In this document: piece after piece, positions 57,369 through 64,000 of the stretch
Numbering within the stretch: the first letter of the stretch is position 1
Layout of the letters: each line of letters starts with the position of its first letter
NCBI GenBank assembly: GCA_964016885.1
Contig: OZ024766.1
Coordinates: forward strand, 8,184,001 to 8,248,000
Direction of reading: 5' to 3'
DNA from: Eledone cirrhosa
Lineage: Eukaryota
Length of the DNA stretch: 64,000 nucleotides
Notes under the pieces: model-generated
Seen by the model: only the letters and a program-made list of their open reading frames with translations
Told to the model about the DNA's origin: nothing
Databases searched by the model: none
Made by a program: the position numbers and the translations under genes

Positions 57369-60160
57369 GTCGACCAACACTACCACAACTGGGACTGGAC
57401 AGTGGGAAGAAGGACGGTGTAATATCCTGGGCTACCCTATGAGGGCCGAGAGTGGGCAGTGAGAGGAGTGTGTTATAAGGATGGTGAAGTGACCAAGACA
57501 GACTTGGAAAACATACAGATAAAAGGGAGAATAGAGAAGGATTAGAATAATAACAGGCTGGTCACTCTGGCCACTGATGTCCACTGTTGTCCACTGCTGC
57601 CACCAATATCAACTGTGATCTGAAATGTCCACTGCTCCAAGCTAAAATCAATGTCCACTAAAGGCAGAACTAACCAATATAGCCACCAACATCCACAAAA
57701 GCCAGAATTGACTACTATAGCCCCCAATGTTCACTACAGTCAGAACTGACCACTAAAGCGCGAACTGCCCACTACAGCCAGAACTGACCACTACAACTCG
57801 AGCTGCCCACTACAGCCAGGACTGACCTCAACAACCCGAACTGCCCACTATAGCCACCAATTTCCACTGCCGCTAAAACCGACCACTACAGCCAGGACTG
57901 CCCACTAAAGCCAGGACTAACCACTACAACCAGAACTAACCACTACAGCCACAAATGTTCACTAAATCAAGAACTAATCACTAAAGCTAGAATTGACTAC
58001 TACAACCAGGACTGTTCACCACAACTGACCACTGAATATAAACATCTCAGTTACTAACACACATATGTATAGAGAGAGAGAGACACGCTTCACTGAACAT
58101 GGAGTGCTGTTTGGTCAATGGAGGGTGTAGGTGGATGGTGTAGTGGTAATCAATGACACTTATTGAATACATATATACACACACTTATACATGCATACTT
58201 ATACATACACAGACACACAGTATGTATGTATCTCTCTCTCTATATATATATAATGAAGGAGTTGTGGTAAGGAACCAGATGGACCATAACGCACCAGAGT
58301 ACTCAATACTTAGGGTAGTAGGAAAATGTTTGACCTCGACGGCAGAGCTCAAGCCATTTCGATGGCTATTTCTGGACTCCAGAAAGAAGAATGGATATAA
58401 AATGGTGATGATGATGATGTATTATACAACCAAAATACTTGAAAAGGTGTTTATTTATTGACAATTATTTCAATTATTCACAATTTAATCCTAGATAATA
58501 TCAATATTCCAATCAATAGATCTACGTGTTATTAAGAGTATATATATATATATATATACATATGTATCATCATCATCATCATCACTGTTTTATATCCATT
58601 CTTCCACGCTAGCATGGGTTAGAAGGGCTGTCCTGTTGTGAGCAGTGTCCGGTCAGCTGACCATGTCTTGCTCATACAGGAACTGATTCTGGCTTGATAC
58701 CTACATCTGGATGCCCTTCCTAACACCAACCTCATTTACAGTGAGTGCCTGGGTGCTTCTTGTTGTGACACCCACACAACCACTTTACAGTGGGGGCTGG
58801 GGGCTTTTTTGCCGTGGCACCTCCACGACCGCTTTACAGTGGGAGGGGGTGCGGGGCATATTGTCTATATGCTTCAGCTTCGGCTTGTACCCGTTGGGGG
58901 TCGGGTCTTCTGTATTACTGCGTGACGCCAGAGGTCACTGTCGTGTGTCATCGCCTTTGAGAGGTGTAATTGGGTAAGGTCAGCTTTTATCACCTCAGCC
59001 CAGGTCTTCTTGGGTCTCCCCACTCCGCGGTTTCCATCGACTCCTAGTGCTCTGCACCTCTTTATGCAGCTGTCATCCTTATATATTTATAGATAATGAG
59101 GAATCAGTGATGCATTAAAACACAATTTATTAACATATTACATATGTTTCTCTGACGATCAGCTCAAGGCAGGATCTATTACAGATCGAACCTGACTCTG
59201 CACTTGCAAGGTCCTCAGATATGTTTATCGTTTCCAAGGCATTTCTTCATACTCATGATCACCGGAGAAACCTGTCATATATTAATAAATTGTGTTTTCA
59301 TGCATCACTGATTCCTCGTTATCTATAATAATTGTTTCTACTTTTGGCACAAGGCCAGCAATTACCCCAGTACATTACTGGTACTTTATTTTCTCAACCC
59401 CGTTATAATTATTTCTACTTTTGGCACAAGGCCAGCAATAACCCCAGTGTATTACTGGTACTTTATTTTATCAACCCTGTAATAATTGTTTCTACTTTTG
59501 GCACGAGGCCAGCAATTACCCCAGTACATTACTGGTACTTTATTTTATCAACCCTGTAATAATTATTTCTACTTTTGGCACAAGGCCAGCAAATAACCAG
59601 TACATTACTGGTACTTTATTTTATCAACCCTGTAATAATTGTTTCTACTTTTGGCACAAGGCCAGCAATTACCCCAGTGTATTACTGGTACTTTATTTTA
59701 TCAACCCTGTAATAATTGTTTCTACTTTTGGCACGAGGCCAGCAATTACCCCAGTACATTACTGGTACTTTATTTTATCAACCCTGTAATAATTGTTTCT
59801 AATTTTGGCACAAGGCCAGCAATTTCCCAGTACATTACTGGTACTTTATTTTATCGAGCCCCTACTCTGCTCTGCACGAGCATTGAGTGCTCAAACGGCA
59901 TACCGCCTATGGACACATTGCAACCTTACAACAAATATATATATATATATGTATATATATTATATATATATATATAATTGATAGGAAAATCTGCTTCGTA
60001 GAATCGAGACGTATCCGACGACTGAAAGATTTCAGAGTCAGGCTTGATCACCCCATCGATCGTGCCTCAAGCTGGTCACCAGAGAAACATTTGTAATATG
60101 TCCAATACATTCCTTTCGTTGTAACGCTGATTCTCTTTTTTCTGGGATATATATATATAT

Positions 60161-60489
60161 GGAGGCACATGGCTTAGTGGTTAGACCATTGGCCTTGCAA
60201 TCGAAAGATTGTGAGTTCAATTCTCAGACCAGGTGATATGTTGTTTCCTTGAGCAAGACACTTTATTTCACATTGCTCCAGTTTACTCAGCTGTAGAAAG
60301 GAGATGATAGGGACTGGGGTCCCTATCATTCCACTGTAAAGTGGTCGTGGAGGTGCCACGGCAAAAAAGCACTCACCACTCACTGTAAATGAGGTTGGTG
60401 TTAGGAAGGGCATCCAGCTGTAGAAATCAAGCCAGCATCAGTTCCCGTCCCACCCTTGCAAGCAGGGAAAAGCGAACGTAAAATGATGA

Positions 60490-60492
<3 letters not shown>
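60161..60492 (+). mobile_element. tRNA-headed SINE with CORE-like body and RTE tail (present only in unit III)
   Basis: A-box TGGCTTAGTGG, B-box GTTCAATTC, ccttgagcaagacacttt body and (GAT)n end. Confidence 0.85.
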
Positions 60493-60540
<48 letters not shown>

Positions 60541-60949
60541 CACATGTATGTATACATACATGTATACGCAGGTACATGTATGTACATGCAATATATTCAC
60601 AATTATTATAATCAATGCCACTTATATGCCTGTTATTTACATCAACACGGACATACTCACAAACATCAATATATTGCAATAACCTGGGGTCAATGACCCT
60701 CAACTCGTCAACAAGCTGTCAAGGAATTTGAGAGATGGTGTCGACGTGGATGTTTTCAAGAAACATCTCGACACTCTGTTATCCAGGATCCTGGATGAGC
60801 CCACATCAAGGTACGAAGGTAACCTAAGGGCAGCAGCAACGAACTCCCTCTTACACCAATGGCCAGCCAACACCAGCTGGAGATAGAACGTGTAGCAACA
60901 AGGGTGGTGCCCCAGCGTGGCCTCAGCCGGATGGCTGGTGCTTATCTCG

Positions 60950-62525
60950 GTTTCATGGAGTTAAGTGACTGACAGTACAGGACTTGCCCCTGGACAGGAC
61001 ACCAGTCCATCACAGGATTAAAGTCTGTCTTAGTTTCATTGGTGTTAAGTGACTGAGAGTACAAGACTTCCCCCTGGACCGGACACCAATCCATCACAGG
61101 GTTAAAGTCTGTCTTAGTTTCATTGGTGTTAAGTGACTGAGAGTAGAAGACTTCCCCCTGGACAGGACACCAGTCCATTACAGGGTTAAAGTCTGTCTTA
61201 GTGTCATTGGTATTAAGTCACTGAGAGTACAAGACTTTCCCCTGGACAGGACACCAGTCCATCACAGGGTTAAAGTCTGTCTTAGTTTCATTGGTGTTAA
61301 GTGACTGACAGTACAAGACTTCTCCCTGGACAGGACACCAGTCCATCACAGGGTTAAAGTCTGTCTTAGTTTCATTGGTGTTAAGTGACAGAGTACAAGA
61401 CTTCCCCCTGGACAGGACACCACTCCATCACAGGGTTAAAGTCTGTCTTAGTTTCATTGGTGTTAAGTGACTGAGAGTACAAGACTTCTCCCTGGACAGG
61501 ACACCAGTCCATCACAGGGTTAAAGTCTGTCTTAGTTTCATTGGTGTTAAGTGACTGAGAGTACAGGACTTCCCTCCTGGACAGGCCACCAGTCCATCAG
61601 TGTTAAAGTCTGTCTTAGTTTCATTGGTGTTAAGTGACTGACAGTACAAGAATTCTCCCTGGACAGGACACCAGTCCATCACAGGGTTAAAGTCTGTCTT
61701 AGTTTCATTGGTGTTAAGCGATAGAGAGTACAAGACTTCCCCCTGGACAGGACACCAGTCCATCACAGGGTTAAAGTCTGTCTTAGTTTCATTGGTGTTA
61801 AGTGACTGAGAGTACAAGACTTCCCCCTGGACAGGACACCAGTCCATCACAGGGTTAAAGTCTGTCTTAGTTTCATTGGTGTTAAGTGACTGAGAGTAGA
61901 AGACTTCCCCCTGGACAGGACACCAGTCAATTACAGGGTTAAAGTCTGTCTTAGTGTCATTGGTATTAAGTCACTGAGAGTACAAGACTTTCCCCTGGAC
62001 AGGACACCAGTCCATCACAGGGTTAAAGTCTGTCTTAGTTTAATTGGTGTTAAGTGACTGACAGTACAAGACTTCTCCCTGGACAGGACACCAGTCCATC
62101 ACAGGGTTAAAGTCTGTCTTAGTTTCATTGGTGTTAAGTGACTGAGAGTACAAGACTTCTCCCTGGACAGGACACCAGTCCATCACAGGGTTAAAGTCTG
62201 TCTTAGTTTCATTGGTGTTAAGTGACTGAGAGTACAGGACTTCCCCCCTGGACAGGCCACCAGTCCATCACAGTGTTAAAGTCTGTCTTAGTTTCATTGG
62301 TGTTAAGTGACTGACAGTACAAGAATTCTCCCTGGACAGGACACCAGTCCATCACAGGGTTAAAGTCTGTCTTAGTTTCATTGGTGTTAAGCGATAGAGA
62401 GTACAAGACTTCCCCCTGGACAGGACACTAGTCCATCACAGGGTTAAAGTCTGTCTTAGTTTCATTGGTGTTAAGTGACTGAGAGTACAAGACTTCCCCC
62501 TGGACAGTTCACCAGTCCATCACAG
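60950..62525. repeat. 84-bp satellite, ~19 units, right boundary of the array
   Basis: Same unit as 3490-3840; sequence not belonging to the unit follows. Confidence 0.93.
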
Positions 62526-62759
62526 GTGGATAATATTAATGATGATGATGATAGAGAGATTAAGAAAAATGCAAAGTTTAGTGTAGACATTTTATTAACA
62601 AAACTGTGATACATATTTCAATGCCAATCACATTTGGGAAAAAAATTATATGATTCCGAGTGCTTAATAATACAAATTACACCATTATTTACTGATTAGT
62701 GTGTTGCATACACAACTGTGATTGTTCAGCATGTTTACTGCAAGTATATATATATCTAT

Positions 62760-62997
62760 CTAAGGCGGGTAAAATTCCCGAGATCCATGGACGAGTTCTC
62801 TCCAGCGGTCTCTGTCCCTCATTATCGCTGCCATATCCTGCATCTCCAACAGACCAGTGTCTGTCCTTAGGGCATCAACATATGTTAACCTTGGTCTTCC
62901 TCTTCTAGTGTGTCCAAGTAGGGGCTCCCAAAGGAGCACTGAGTGCAATGTCAACTTTGGATGTCGGTGAGCATGTCCAGCCAACCTCAGTCTCCTC
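62760..62997 (-). mobile_element. RTE-type LINE C-terminal fragment (diverged relative of 5417-5662)
   Basis: GHAHRHPKLTLHSVLLWEP...RRGRPRLTYVDAL...RDRDRWRELV. Confidence 0.75.
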
Positions 62998-63097
62998 TGT
63001 ATATATATATATGTATATATATTGGGTCATCAAGTATGAAATTTGTAGAAATTTGTTTTGTTTTTCTACAAATTTCTACAAATTTCATACTTGTGTG

Positions 63098-63133
<36 letters not shown>

Positions 63134-63258
63134 TATATAGAACTTTTGCATATATATATGTACATATATATATATATATCTGTTGATTTAAAACTTCACT
63201 ATTCACAAGTGTTTTTTAACCTTCATATCATGTATCCCTATTTTCTCTGATGTATCCC

Positions 63259-63326
63259 TATTTTATCTGATGAAAAGGCAGATATCATCTCTTGATATTT
63301 GTTTTTGAAATGCGCATAATAAAATA
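63259..63326 (+). ncRNA. Minimal type I hammerhead ribozyme fold
   Basis: Stem I UAUUUUAU/AUAAAAUA, core CUGAUGA (63267-63273), 14-bp stem II AAAGGCAGAUAUCA/UGAUAUUUGUUUUU, GAAA (63307-63310), palindromic stem III AUGCGCAU, cleavage triplet AUA. Confidence 0.75.
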
Positions 63327-63356
63327 CTTGGAACTCTTTTAACCATCTTTTGATCT

Positions 63357-64000
<644 letters not shown>

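Noticed and set aside
60950-62525. The 84-bp satellite has the same period as a C2H2 finger and gives repeating ORFs (MDWCPVQGEVLYSQSLNTNETKTDFNPV)n
   Set aside because: No C2H2 motif is evident, 2-nt deletions break the frame in several units, and the sequence looks SINE-derived; the matching period appears coincidental.

Overview
AT-rich eukaryotic DNA, most likely from an octopus or other coleoid cephalopod (inferred from effector-less C2H2 zinc-finger arrays and the SINE/RTE repeat set; not database-checked). About 62.5 kb of the window is a head-to-tail tandem array of a ~21.5-22.6 kb unit: partial unit I (<1-15835), unit II (15836-37630) and unit III (37631-~60950), ending in a long 84-bp satellite. 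Each unit carries three genes. (1) A + strand C2H2 ZNF gene with one coding exon and a different finger array in each copy (>=10, 17 and 22 fingers). (2) A frameshifted second ZNF pseudogene. (3) A - strand gene with five coding exons that the ORF track does not assemble. I spliced it by hand (all introns GT-AG, phases 1/0/2/1) into a 298-299 aa protein with a signal peptide, a PAN/apple-like segment and a Trp/Cys-containing C-terminal domain. Exons 1-2 and the neighbouring dead transposons are almost identical between copies, but exon 4 differs at 12-22 of 54 residues, almost entirely by non-synonymous changes, which points to a diversifying secreted recognition protein co-amplified with a diversifying ZNF. 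The rest is LINE fragments (RTE, L1/Tx1, R4/Dong, CRE-like, CR1/L2-like), SINEs, a MITE, a foldback-like element, 44/48/77/84/88-bp minisatellites, a complete minimal hammerhead ribozyme fold at 63259-63326 and a terminal (TA)n tract.
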